64,000 nt of DNA from Nageia nagi (lineage: Eukaryota; Plantae; Pinophyta), in assembly GCA_050084985.1 (NCBI GenBank), contig JBITNC010000001.1, positions 113,274,001-113,338,000 on the forward strand, given 5' to 3'. The notes beneath the pieces were generated by a model. That model worked only from the letters and a program-made list of their open reading frames with translations. It was not told where the DNA came from and did no database searches. A program made the translations under genes and the position numbers. Shown one piece after another: positions 1 to 13,539 of this stretch. Numbering within the stretch: position 1 is the first letter of the stretch; the number at the start of each line of letters is the position of its first letter.

Positions 1-438
1 AATTGTTAATGATAATTTAAAAGTAATTTTATGAATTATTTTTTTCTAATAATAACTTTGTAGTGTAGATGGCTAGTGAATTTAGAGCTAAATACCCTTT
101 CCATTATTTCGTATTCAATTACATAACAATAATTTGAATATTTGTGCCCCATTTTAGAGCTACAAAAGTTGCAAATACAACCATAATACTTGCAACAAAG
201 AAGAGTTACACATACCATGAGATGTTTAATAGCTAGTTTGACCTCTTTGTCACTCATATTTGTTTAATAGTATCTAAGATTCTTTAAGTCTAATACTAGA
301 TGATATTAAATAGAGAAGAGTGTTAGATAGAGAGCTTAAAATAACTATTGTATCCTACTCCCTATAGTCCAATTTTAGGCCTTTCTAAAATAATGAGGGA
401 TGTGCTATGTGATGCATGCCCTCTACAAATGGCCCCTC

Positions 439-749
439 AAGGGAATGGTGGGAATTAGGTTTGTGAAAAAAAAATGCTTTTAGAATTTTAAAATATAGTG
501 GAGGATAAGGCTATCAAGAACTGCATTAAAAAAAGTATTAAGATAAATGGTTAATATCATAAAAAGATGGGGAGCCTTTGGGAATGTAGCTTGAAGGGAA
601 TGGTGGGCATTAGATGTGTGTATGAAAAATGATTTTAGTATTTCAAAATATATTAGAGGAGAATGATATCAAGAACATGAATTCAAAAAAGGTATTAAGA
701 TAAATTTTTAGTATCATAAAAAGATGAGGAGTCTTGTGGATGCTTCTTC
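439..749. repeat. Tandem duplication, 2 x ~155 bp
   Basis: Units start aagggaatggtggg at 439 and 594 and share ...gtattaagataaat...tatcataaaaagatg. Confidence 0.85.
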
Positions 750-1679
750 AAGACTTTGTGAACACTATGCTTACACATATGTGTATTATATGAGGAAGTT
801 GAGGTATATGATTAGGCAACTAATTGTTTGGAAAATAGAAAACCTTAAGGTCATTATTGAAACTAGGTTAAATAATAAATTGTATTTGATCATTTTTAAA
901 TTAAAATGAAGTGAAGCACTTGCATTGTAATACACAATAACTTGTGTTACAAATTTTAAAATGAAAATTGAATTGTTATCTTATTTTTCATTCCTTCATT
1001 TTAATCTTGTAATTAGGCATGATTGCATTAGAGAATGCTTAGGTCCTCATTGGTGTTCAATGATTCTCCAAAGGTAAAGGATGATTGTCTAGGCAATCTA
1101 TGATGTCGAGCTTCTATGAGCTCATATACATATTATTCCTTTAATGCAATTAACAATATAATATGCATACCATTCCTTTAATGGATATCAAATGTTCCAA
1201 TCTTTGCAATAATTTTTAAAGAGGTGTGCGTATCCTCTTGCAAAATAGATGCGAGTATCTAGAAACAAGAATTCCTTATTTACACCTTCACTTCTTGATT
1301 AAGAGAAACCCATCACTTAAGAAAGATATTATGGCATCTTATAGGTACAATGGAAAACCAAGTTAGGAGTAAATTGAGTATGTTTAGGTTATATTTCTTA
1401 GTACACAATTCCTTTATTCCATCATCACATTTTAAATATATACATGTATTATGCTCATCCATTATGTTATCTATCTACGATATCCATAGTGATGTAAATT
1501 TGGCCAAATTTATTTAAGTATATACATAGTTTGTCCACATAGTATCCAAGTATTTCCCAAGAGTTATTAACAAATATCACATATCATCAAAAGTCACTCA
1601 AAGTTATCACAAGTCATACAAAGTAGTCCTAAGTTATCATAATACTATCTCATTAAGTCCAATTGATCAGATATGGCAA

Positions 1680-3427
1680 CCAAAGGATACAACAATATCA
1701 ACAAAAATAAATGTTACTTAGCACTGACACTAGGGGGAAAAATAGGTAAAAATGATATTTCCATAAGAAAATACCTAGGGGCATTTCCTTAGGCCTTTAT
1801 AAAGGGAGTTTTCTTATTTTGCATATTTATTTTACAAGTACACTACTAGGATTCTAAATTTTTTAATGTTTCTTTAATTTATGATCCTTTATCATTGATA
1901 TATCCATGGATGATAAAAGCTTGCAAATTTCTATGATAGAGTTTCTTTAATTTATGATGCTTATGGTAAAGATAAATCTATAGAAAATGAAAGCTCTTCT
2001 TTTATGATTTTGGATATTCTATTCTCAAATCCTTTGTTGGTTGGGATATAATTAACTATCACTAATGTGCACACATCTTCCTAGATGTACCTAGACTAAA
2101 GGGTACCCAAAATGACATGGTTCATAGTGATGAAATTATAACTCCTGATAGTATCTAATGTAAAGGGTACCCCTAATGACATAGTTCATTGTGATGATCA
2201 CCTTTGTTGGTTAGGTTATTAACAATTAATATGATTTATTTTATGATAATCTTTTTTGGTTGGATTATTAACCATCACTATTGCTATTATAATAAAATAT
2301 ATTGAAGTTTATTTCATTAATGAATCTTATATAAATTCTATATCTATGGATAGTGAAAGCCCAAGAGATATTATATTAATTTCATATTTGCTTTACATGC
2401 TTATTTCCTAAGATGAAACACACAATGATTCAATGATATTTGGAAGGCATTCATATTTGCTTATAGGTTCTTTGTAATTTATTCTTGTTGAACACTCCAA
2501 CAATAATTAATGCAAAGGGGGGAATAATACATGTATCACCAATAAATTGCTAATTTTTTAAAGACCCAAGAAAAATCAAGGGAATTTCTTTTTCTTCTCT
2601 TTACTTTGTAAACATAATTTCAATTTATTTCATTAAAACTTGCAAAGGGGGGCATATGTTGATACCTAATTTGGCACCCTTTTTGGGCCAAACTAGTTGT
2701 CACAAAACCCTTTTTATGTTATGATCAATATAACATTATGTTATATCTCAATTATCAATTAGGATCTATCAAAGATACTTCTCATGTATGATTATCTTAT
2801 TTTGTATGATGGACCATCAATGTTGAAACTATCATTTAAAGATGCACTTAGGTATAGTCCTAATCCTATAAATAGAGAATTATATGCATGGGAATATGAT
2901 CGAGATTTTATCTCGATAAGACTATGCATATCTCTCACAAAACTTGTCGGTGTTTATCAAAACCACCTATTAAGATTAGAATATTTTATACACAAGAGTC
3001 ATTCATCACTACTTCATGATATACATCAAGGTTTAGTTCATTGGATTCAATATTAGCACATTTCAAGAGAAGGACATCACCAACATAAATGCTAGGTTGT
3101 AGAGCATCATAGTGCTAATGCTGAACAACACAGAACACATATGATATTTGTACCTACATCCAAACTATTTCTAACCATTAAATCAAATTTGTATTATTAT
3201 TCCATAATTATCTAGGTAAGTGCACATGTATTTGTAATTCCTTATCTCATAGGTTTTTAAGTTATTCAATTCAATTTTGTTATTGCTATCTTATTCATCA
3301 TTATTACTTTACTACTTTATTTCCATTAGTTATTAAGTGATAACAGGTAATTAAGTTCCTTTGCTTGTTAATTAAAGTAAATGTAATTGTATCATCCTTT
3401 ATTATAATTTAGGGTTGTATTTTAACA
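1680..3427 (+). mobile_element. 3' end (3' UTR, PPT, 3' LTR 2657-3427) of a Tat/Ogre-type LTR retroelement, related to the element ending at 53342
   Basis: PPT aaaggggggcata just before TGTTGA at 2657; LTR ends TTAACA at 3427. Repeated ctttgttggttggg...aaccatcac motifs (~2031, 2201, 2252) also occur at ~51777 in the 3' UTR of the 27-53 kb element. Left boundary approximate. Confidence 0.65.
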
Positions 3428-5764
3428 TATATAGACTATATTTATTATAAATTTTTTAGATACAATATTTTGTATATTAGTAATAAAAATCAATTTCTAT
3501 TTTACAAATCTCGAAGGGTACTTATACAATTGAATTTGTTGCTGATTATTGGTCTATCATGAACAATATGATAACTTTAATTGAAAGAAAAATATTTACA
3601 TAATGGTTAAGGTAACAAGATATTTCATAATGAATCTACATAAATTATGATTATTATCATTAATTATAGATTTTAGAATTGTGTGAAGTATGTAATATTA
3701 ATACAAATATGATTGACTACCAAAATACAACAATACAATAAGCAAAATATTCACAAAAATGAGATACTGATATTTATAATGAAAAAAATCAGTATGGAAA
3801 AAAGCATTATAAAATAGCTCACTAGCTTTATTAATGACTCAAAATGGATTTATAGCCTTAAAAGGGTTACAACATATTGCTACTTCAATAAACAACCATA
3901 AATTAGAAGAATTACCCAATAGTCAGTAATGAACATCTAGAATCATCATTGTACAAAATTATATTTAAATTTTATTCACTATCTCTTCATTCCCATCAAA
4001 ATAAGATGCAAATTCATATTTATATACCTTCAAATGAATCTTGACCTTCCACCTCCAAAACTCTTGGCCTTACACCTTCATCATCTCATAACCTTCCACC
4101 TTCATAAACTCTTGGCCTTCCACCTTCTTGTGGTTTTTGAGCTTCCTATGATCTTTTGGCTACCTGATAGTATTTCTTTAGATGCATCCCATTAAGGTTA
4201 ACCAAAAGTAGTAATACTATATATCATCGACTAAATATTTTTGAGATCTTTCTAATGGTATATCATATGCCTTAATTAGATCTCTAGAATAACTTTACAT
4301 AAGAGAAAGTAATCTATTTGCAAATAGATAAATTTTATTAATTTCATAATCCTATTATAATCCTTACAACCTAAAATTTCATTTGCATATACTTTGAGTT
4401 ACAGTTTCTTAGAGGTATTATGCACACAAATAAAATATGATCTCTTCAATAATGTTGTTTTAGTGGTATTCACTAATGGTGTCAATGCCTTGCAAAATCT
4501 TCCTATGCATGCCTACAAAATGATATTAGTGCACACTTATGATATAGGATCATATATAAACCTACATTAATAATAAAAATAACAAGCAATAATAAGTAAA
4601 TAGTAAAATTGTATATTCTATGATGAATGCATTATGAAATATAATATGCATGAAATATATATGGTGAAAACATACCTAAAATTAATATGCAATCGATAAA
4701 TAATACTATGTAACCATTATATGCCTATAGTAAATAAATTTATGGTGAAGTGAATCAATAACAGTAATGGACAACTATAATAGAATAAGACTCAATACTT
4801 CATAGAGCATGGAACTTCATTTTAACAATATAACACTATTGATCTTCGTATCTCTCAAACAAAAGGGGTATACAATTGCTTATAGGAGAAAGGGATCTAA
4901 TCAAGGTTAATTAGATCCACCAATTATGGCTCACATGAACTTGAAAGAGAGGGGATGGATCAAGATGATATTTTTAGTAAACAAGATGTGGGAGGCACAA
5001 CTTAAAATTTAACATATCAATTATGCCAATCTTAGATTTAAGCTGACTAGTTAGCTTGAGAAAAAGTTGATTTTTTGACCTCCTTAAAACTTGGAAATAG
5101 AATCATGAGCAATTTTGATGATATATATAAAATCATGGGTGATTGGAAAAAATCATGCATGATCATTTCACAGACTAGTGTCTACAAAAATTATTATTAA
5201 CTAATCAACATTTGTAAAAAAGGGGTCACATGATCGCTTGTTGAAAATATCTTTTACAAAATTTCTAAAAATACATCATTTTACTTCATTGAAGATTTGT
5301 AGAAAAAGTTACAACATTTGAAAGATGACACCCTAATAAAAGATGCCAATTATCATAGAGATACATGGACTATGGAGATGGTGATGGGAGGTAGTTAAAA
5401 ACCAATAATTACTAATAATAATTATAATGAACTAATATTGGAGATGGGTTTATTATTAAATTTTATTATGATATAGGATGGATGTATGAAGATGGAATGG
5501 GTGATAATTATCACTGAGATACATGGACTATGGAGACTCATATATTTTATTTATTTTTATATATTTTACTAATATTTTTGTTTGTTTGTTTGTTTATTTT
5601 ATTTTTGATATTTTTTTACTAATATTTTTTATTTGTTTGTTTGTTTATGTTGAAGATCATCATCTTCTTTCATGTCATCATTATTTACTACTATTCTGTG
5701 GTTAATTGCTTAAATTGAGTATGATATAAATAACTCTAATTATTACTATTTCGATTATAAAAAT

Positions 5765-5777
5765 TGGTAAACCTGAC
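5765..5777 (+). promoter_or_regulatory. Primer binding site, tRNA-Trp-like
   Basis: tggtaaacctgac vs the complement of the plant tRNA-Trp 3' end (TGGTGAACCCGAC, from memory); two transitions; lies just after the LTR end. Confidence 0.6.
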
Positions 5778-5939
5778 TTCTTTTCAACACATCTCTATGT
5801 CCTTAACTAGTTGCACCAAAAACCATAGAGTTCTTGGATAGGACTAATATCACATTTCAAGTGTTTCAGAAAAGGATACACTTGTTGTCTCAGATTAAGA
5901 AATCCTAGAATATCTTGTTATATAGCCTAAAAATACTAG

Positions 5940-8100
5940 GGCATGAAAAAATTATGCCAATACACCAAAAAGATAAAGTTAGAGGGTACAAAGACTACAC
6001 ATCCATGAGGAATATGATAGCCCTTTAGAAAATTATAGCCACTCAACTAAAAAAGACAAAGAGAATGATCAATCAAGGGATGAAGAACCTCCATTTAATG
6101 CACTAGAGGTACTCAGCAAAATCTTGTATAATTCCTAAGTTAGGAAATTATTAACTACAAAAGAGTGTCTCCCTTTCTATGTCCAAAATTTACAAGAAGT
6201 AGATACCAAATTCAAACACCTTTTATGGTATACCTTAGACACTAACTTTGAATATATCAAAAAAAATAATATATGAAACAAACTCAATAGGACATGATCC
6301 TAACTCCTTATAAGCAAGCATACAAATATTTGGAGTCCTCACCATGAGTTGCTTCATTACAATTCCACTTATCCTTGCCTAATGATGTTCCCACACCTCC
6401 AATACAAAACCAGTCACCTGATAGCCAAGTAGAACCCAACAATGCCATTGAGCCCAATGCTGTCACTCCATTTTCCAATTTTGATTTAGTCCAAAATACA
6501 CCAAAACCTAGGGATTTCATAGAATGTCCCATAATTCAACATGAATTTCCATATTATGATGAAGAATAGGAATATGAAATTGATGAAGAAGACTTGATCG
6601 ATATTACAGTGCATGATGTACTTAATAGAATAATCATTCTCAATGTTTGTATGGATGAGCCAGATCCAACTATAGCATTTGGTATGAGATGAAGACTCAG
6701 ATTATTAGATGAATAATTTACCATCTTAAGGAAAGAATTGAGTTTACTAAAAATCAATATGGATTTCATATTTCCTTCACCAAAATTAAAAATGGAGATG
6801 GTTAACAACTTGGTATGAAATCTAGAATAAGAAAAGTTTGATATTTTGGATTATTTGTAGTATTAGCTAATAATAAAAGTTAATATACTTATAGATAATC
6901 ATTAAAATTATGTCTAAATGATGCACTCCAAAAGATTATGCAGTTAAAGCAACAAAAAGACTCTATCATGGCTTGCATCAACAAATTTTCACCTACGATT
7001 TTAAGAGGTAGTGAGAATCCCTTTTGCTATTGTATCCACTAGAAAAGGTATGATAAATAGGTAAAATTCATAATATTTGATGTTCATTTTGATCCTAGAG
7101 TACATTTAAAAAGGTATCACTTAGAAGCTATTTCATTTGAGAATGATGATGATTTGTTAACTAAATTATTTCCTCTTAATTTGAAATTAGAAGTGTTCTT
7201 GTGGTTTACTAATCTGTGTAATGAAAATATTACATGCTTTGATGATATAGTTAAGGCATTTTTGAATTGATATCACTTATATGTAACCCAAGAACCATTT
7301 CCCTTAGACATGTATACCTTGAAGAAAAATCAAAGTCAACTTGTTAGTGATTTTATTGTTGAGTGGTCAAAAATAGCTAAGTCCAAATCCCTACTAAAGA
7401 AAATAAGCATGTCCTTTTTTGAGCATTGTTACCATAATGTAGAAATGACTTCTCCAATTTTTAAGACTAAAATTACGATAAGCTAATAGATGATATGATT
7501 AGTAAGGAAGCCCACCATAAGATATTCAATGAGCCATTAGCCCACATGAAGCAAATAATAGTCCCCAAACCCATTTTTCCTAACAAACCTAGGAAGGTCC
7601 AACCCCAACCTGAACTTGAAACTAAAAGGATAGCTAGAGCTAACCACAATGATATAGAAGTTTGGGAACCTAGGAGGTCATGTAGGCAATATATCAAATT
7701 CCATGAGGATATCAATGGAGTATTATATGCCTTAGTGAACATGAACCTAGTCCATTATCCACCAATAAAAGAGCCCACTCAAATTACACCTATGGGCTAT
7801 CAAACACACTTATTTTGTAATTTACATAGGAGAGATGGTCATGCCACAAAAGAATGTTTTCATTTGAAAAATATAATACAAGACTTACATGATGAACATA
7901 AATTTAAATTTTATCATGAAAATTTAGATGAGATTTTATAGCAACACAGGGTAAGAGTAGTACAGAATGGACCTGTACATCCCCAAAATCAAAGGTTAAT
8001 GATATTTAATAATTAATTTTCACAATTCAAAAAGGTAGAACTTGATGATGAAGAAAAGCAATTGCAGGTAATAATTTGAGTATTCTTCAACCACAACCAC
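5940..8100 (+). pseudogene. gag: Degenerate retrotransposon gag
   Basis: Retrotrans_gag-like stretch ~7050-7400 (FD...DPRVHL...LLTKLFP...WF). ORF 7495-7941 has the zinc-knuckle variant CNLHRRDGHATKEC. Many stops. Confidence 0.7.
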
Positions 8101-8899
8101 AACATTAAGTACAACAACTATCGGTTCCAAGTATGATCCTTGATGTTGATGGTATTTTGGCCATTCTTTAAGCACTTTTCTTTTATTTCTCGTTAGCATG
8201 CTTATTTTTTTTACTAATTGAAAATATAAAGTGAATCATTAAAACTTGAGTGTCTTTCCCCTTGTACCCTTGTGATAATGCTAGATTCTAGCATTGTTGT
8301 TGAAGTTCTTAACTTGTTAAAATGAAAATTTTATCATTAAAATTTGAGATGTTTTTCTTCAATCATAAAAATATTATTCATATCTAATAAAAATATGAAA
8401 AAACATAAAGAATGCTTTACAAATTTAACACATGAAACTTATGTACATTGGTCTCTTCGCCTTAGTTTTTATCACAATTTCAAGCCTCTTTTTCTCAAAA
8501 TTAGGCCAATCCATGGGAATCCTTTCTTTTTTCACATACTTTTATCTTTTTGCCTATGTTGTTGTTGCTTGATTCTAGCATTGTCACTCTATTCAAGCTA
8601 TATCAAACATTACTATTTCTATATTTTTCACAATGAAATTTTTTGTTTTAGTAAAAAATGGTTGGGCTTTCTTTAAATAACTATAATTTGTGTGTTTGCT
8701 TTTAAAAATGTGTTTGTTATATTGCCAAAATTAGACATAATTATTTAATTTTAGTTTAAATAGCAAAAATGAACAAATCCATAACATAGAAAAGTAGGGA
8801 AAAAATAAATAAATAAATAAAGTCAAAACACACATGGCATGTCTAGCATACAACTAGTTCCCCCCATGGGAACTCTATCCAATTGATGCATCATGAGTA

Positions 8900-10800
8900 C
8901 AGTCTTAGTCCTAAATCTTAACCTACTCTTAGAAGCTAAAAATGTTGTTAAAGTATACTCAAAATATAATATCTAATTAGCCTTTGCTATAATCAAGTCC
9001 TAAAGTCTCTTTAGCTCTTGTTTATGTACCACATGTGGTAGAGACTGTAGTATCTCTATCTGACCCTATAGCGTACCTATGTGCTTATCCTAAGCTGCTA
9101 GCTATTCCTGTAGGATAGAAACTTATTCCTGTAGAGTCTCCACCTGATCCTATAACCCTACATCAACACATGATAAAAGGGTTAGTTTACCTTTAAAATA
9201 CAAAAATTGGTCAACTTAAGCTTTCTATGTTTCATAGGAACACCTACAATATAAGCTGAGGGTATGACAATTCTTGATGTGGATGGTATAAAGGAATCTA
9301 CTTCTTGAGTAGAAGTAGATATGGTGGACCACTAATGTACATGGGCTCCCCCCTCCTCCTCCTCATCCTCCTCTCCCTCTACCTTCTTTTTCTCCTCCTC
9401 ATCCTTGAGGCCTAATGATACATTCCTCACTATATCCAACCAACGCTTGTAATCCTTAGTATGCTAGTGGTGTGGGGTTGGTACTCTAGGGGCATGATCC
9501 CTAGGCACCTCCCACTATGTGCTCCATACTAGTACTGATAGAAATTTGGGAGGAATAATAAAATATCTATAGTATCTAGTCACAATGGACCAAACCCTAA
9601 GAATAGGCATGTCTTATGTTAGATTAAACTGAAAAAGCACTCTATTAGGCTGACAGAAATTTGTAATCCTCCCATGTTCTTGGATATGATGTAGAGTCAT
9701 GCTCCATAATAGCTCTTAATTAGAATCCTCCCAAAATGGTAGGTCAAAGTAAGGATGCCATATCACATACTTCTTATCTAATAAATTCATCATTCTTCAA
9801 CACTATTCCATCCTTCATGTTGTCCCCATCCTCTAAGCTATCTTCTATCAAAACTAATGGGGCATATTTTCTTGAGTCACTATTAGAAAATAGGTACAAG
9901 CTATGCCTATGTGCTCATATAACCATGCCTATAGGATAAACACATGTGCCATAATCCTATCTCTTTTCTTCATAGATAAAAAGTTATGAAGATCCTTGTA
10001 AAGCATCGCCAAAATGAATGTCACCCATGTAGATAATACTATTCATGTGATGAAGTCTTGGTGAGTCTAATCATGTCCTCTCCTTAGTTTTAAGCACAAA
10101 ATCATTGGCCAAATCAATAGCTAGACTCCATGGCTCACATCTCATGAGGTATGCCTGAACCTACACCCATGCCAAATAAAAAACTTATTAGTAATTGAGT
10201 AAACATAATAAATATAAATTTGAAAATCAAATGGACCAAAAATCTAACATTTATTGCTAAAAATGAACTAATTAAAGATAAATTTCTAAAATTTTTAGTA
10301 TAAAAATATGTCAAAATGCAGTACAGTGTCTAGTCAATGCATTTTTTTAAAAATTGATCCTAGTGGCGATGCTAGGAACCCAATAGTGCCACTCGATTTA
10401 AGCATTGATTTTCCAAATTTTTTAAGATTCCATTTGCTTTTTTTGATATTTTATGATAAAAAAGTATCTAGTTTCTATCCATGCATGCTAAAAATGGGCC
10501 CTATATTCTAATCTTAATTATTTCAATAATTTATCAAAATCAAGCAAAACTTGACCAAAATAAAAAATTGATCCATCAAAAATATCCTAATTCATGCAAA
10601 AAGAAATATGAAGAAGTTTTTAGTACTTGATATCCGTCGAGTTAAGAATGAACAAATAGAGCCTTATGACCCTATCGAGAGGTAATCCACTAATCCATAC
10701 TCATAATAATCACACCCTACAAGTTGATAGCTCCTTCGCAATCCTTCACCACCTCAAAATGATACCAAGAAACTTGAGGACTAGAGCTCAACATGGTCAA
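8900..10800 (-). pseudogene. Degenerate plant mobile domain (PMD, aminotransferase-like, MAIN/MAIL1 family) gene, antisense within the LTR element
   Basis: Minus-strand STWVTFILAMLYKDLHNF (~9975-10035) and FCQPNRVLFQFNL..DMP (~9605-9660) resemble PMD motifs. They are followed by an acidic tract (~9350-9400). Candidate acceptors near 10160 and 9158. The ERW..TFHLP block appears deleted. Confidence 0.65.
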
Positions 10801-11729
10801 ATGCAAATGTGAAAATAAAATGTAATTTTGCCTATTTCCAAACTAAATCAAATCCCTTTTCTTAAAAACCACCCTAACTTTGTTGCTTATTCCTTATTGA
10901 GCCTCTCTTCATTGTTAATTAGGTATGCATTAGTCTTCAATTCACTTTTCATCTCCTTCTAGTCCCCTTAATGGAGCGAGGCCACTAGGATCTCAATGAT
11001 GTCATTGGCTTAAAAATCCCCTATTTGAAAATTATCTATCCCTAAAATTAAAACTCTCTATATGGAATAAAAATGTAAATATCAGTTCATTATTAGTCAA
11101 AATTTATCAAAAATCCCTCTTGGGGTAAGTTGGTAAAATTAAACTGAAAATGATTATCAAATTTTATGATACCTAATTATTTTCTATGAAACATATAATA
11201 TTTTCACTTCATGAGTGCAATACAAAAATTCAGATGTTGTGATCTTTAGAAACTCAATGTGGAGTCCAGCACTACTGCTACCTTCCTAGTGACACTATTA
11301 GGTTACCAAGGTAAAAAAATGTTTGTTTTAACAATTATAATTCTTATTTATGTTAAGATCAAGAAAAATATATCTTATTTCTTAAAATCTATTACTTTTT
11401 TTCATTATATGATTATTATTGTTTATCCACAAAAATGGGAAGTCTTCATACTAGTTCATATCATGCTTTTCTCATGATGATTGTTGCGAATGAATTTATT
11501 TCTATTTTGTAAGTGCTTGTACAAATGCATTCAAATATGCTTTCATATCAAACTTGTCATACTTTGTAATGTATTGTGTATCAAATATTACTTACCTTAC
11601 ATGTTTGTAATATTTTTATCTAATGTTTATCATAAATGATGCTTATCAAATAAATTCATAAAATTGATTATCATAAATGATGTTTATCATATCAAGTCTT
11701 ATCATATGTTAAAAATGCTTTTCATATTA

Positions 11730-11980
11730 TCACTCTTATCATTGGCTTCATCTGTAAGGAAGGGGTATTCTTATCATTTGATGCCTTTATAAAGAAGGAT
11801 CATTCTTATTAAAAATCCATGAAAATATGGTGGCTTGAGAAACCAAGTTGATCACTCTTATCATTTGATGCCTTTGTAAGGAAGGGTCATTCTTATCATT
11901 TGGAACCTTTGTAAGGAAGGACCATTCTTATCACAAATCCATGGAAACATGGTAGTTTGAGAACCCAACATGATCACTTA
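11730..11980 (+). repeat. Short tandem repeats in the retroelement 3' UTR
   Basis: Several copies of ctcttatcatttgatgcctttgtaaggaagg, with a higher-order ~120 bp duplication. Confidence 0.8.
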
Positions 11981-12160
11981 GATTGATAATCTATCTTCAT
12001 ACTCTTGATGGGTACGTCACCAAGGAAAGGTTTGATGTCTTATCATTTACATACCTTTCATATCATGATGTTTAATGTATATATTTGAGATATATTTCCA
12101 TGGATTTATCCTATGATGAGAGGTCCATCATATTGCAACCAAGCCAAAAAGGGGGCATAA

Positions 12161-13005
12161 TATAGGTGAAAAGATGGGGCATCCAAAGTTGTAGCAATGA
12201 GATAACTTTTTAGGGAGCACTTTTTTACTTATCTTATTATACTTTGAATTTATGCTTTGATTACCTTTTTTTTTTCAAAAGCATAAAATTATATTAAAAA
12301 GGAATTTTAATTTAATTAAACTACTCTTTTAGGTATTTGAAATGATTTATTTATTAATTCAAATAAATACTTTTATCCTGTGCACTCTCATCTACCTTTA
12401 TGTATGATGATAATAGGTTAGCTTGACATCATAATAAACAATAAGCCTAAGGAGGAGCCTAAACACTTGGCCTGTTATCTATAAAAGTAGAGGGATCACA
12501 CATAAGCAATTATGACATGATCCTGAATCCTTTATAGGTGGTAATTACTTATGTTATTCTTTATCGATATTTCTTAATGCCACCTATCATATATGGATTT
12601 TGTTATACATTGAGATCTGTATTCCTAAGATTTTTTCTACTCATTTGTGCATGATATTTTGAGCTTCAAAGAAATGAAAATGACATCAAACAAAAGGGCA
12701 AGGCATTCTAGAAAGGTAACTAGGCAATGCCATTGGGATCTTGGTGCTACTACTAGGTTGAGGATAGTTTAGTGGATCTATTCTTCAAGGAAGCTCATAG
12801 TTCATCTCCTTTTGATCAAATATTATCTTCATTTGTCATGATACATAAAGTACAGGTTTGTATCTTTCATAAATCTAGTTTGATAGTTCAAGGTTAATTA
12901 GATCATTATTATCTTTCATATCATCATTATTTACTACTATTTCATGGTTAATTAGTTAAATGGAATATACTATAAATAACCCTAATTATTATTATTTCAA
13001 TTATA
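12161..13005 (+). mobile_element. 3' LTR of the 5655-13005 element
   Basis: Follows the PPT; termini TATAG...TTATA read as deaminated TGTAG...CTACA; internal ctataaaa at ~12479. Confidence 0.65.
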
Positions 13006-13204
13006 ATAAATTACTAAAATTTAATTTAAAATATTACAAATAAAATTTAATATATTATTGGCAATTATGAAATTGGAAAAAAGTTATGTATATATTTTTC
13101 AAAATTCTACTTTTTAACATTATTAGCAATGCCATACCCAATGCCAATGTACCATGCAATCAGTTAAAATATTAAAAAATGTGTTGCTAATTATATTTTC
13201 ACTT

Positions 13205-13530
13205 GATGCTAACTTAGATGCCCATGATAGCAATTTGTGATGCTAAAAATGACACTAAGTTCATCACTATTATTGAGTCTATTATAGATGCTAATTTTAC
13301 CGCCATATGACTCCAACTTAGATGCCCTTGGTGACTATATGTGATGCTAAAATTGATGCTAAGTTTTTCATCATTATTGAATCTATTATAGATTCTTATT
13401 AATTCACCATATGATGCCATTTGAGTGATGAAATCATGAATAATTAATTGCTAATTATTTCTCCACATGAATCAAACTTAAGTGCCCTTCATGATGTTCT
13501 ATGACACCAAAATTGATATTAAGTTTATCT
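13205..13530. repeat. Degenerate ~105 bp tandem repeat (about 3 units)
   Basis: aacttagatgccc...tgatgctaaaattgatgctaagtt recurs at ~13210, 13315 and 13476. Confidence 0.75.
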
Positions 13531-13539
13531 CTAGGTGAA

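Larger units (their letters stand above)
5655..13005 (+). mobile_element. Pol-less Tat/Ogre-type LTR element: truncated 5' LTR, tRNA-Trp-like PBS, gag, antisense PMD gene, PPT, 3' LTR
   Basis: 5655-5759 matches the end of the 3' LTR (~12901-13005). PBS tggtaaacctgac at 5765. PPT aaaaagggggcataa precedes the LTR at 12161. No RT/RH/INT remnant recognised between gag and the 3' LTR. Confidence 0.75.

Noticed and set aside
3700-4300. Possible minus-strand solo LTR with ccttccacct repeats
   Set aside because: Composition is LTR-like, but no termini, TSD or partner could be fixed.
4800-5650. Possible DNA-transposon remnant with short direct repeats (~5343/5503, 5560-5650)
   Set aside because: No paired TIRs or TSD found.
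36-5705. Short ORFs (36-257, 724-909, 2784-3056, 5523-5705)
   Set aside because: No recognisable domains; low-complexity or lying inside LTR/repeat sequence.
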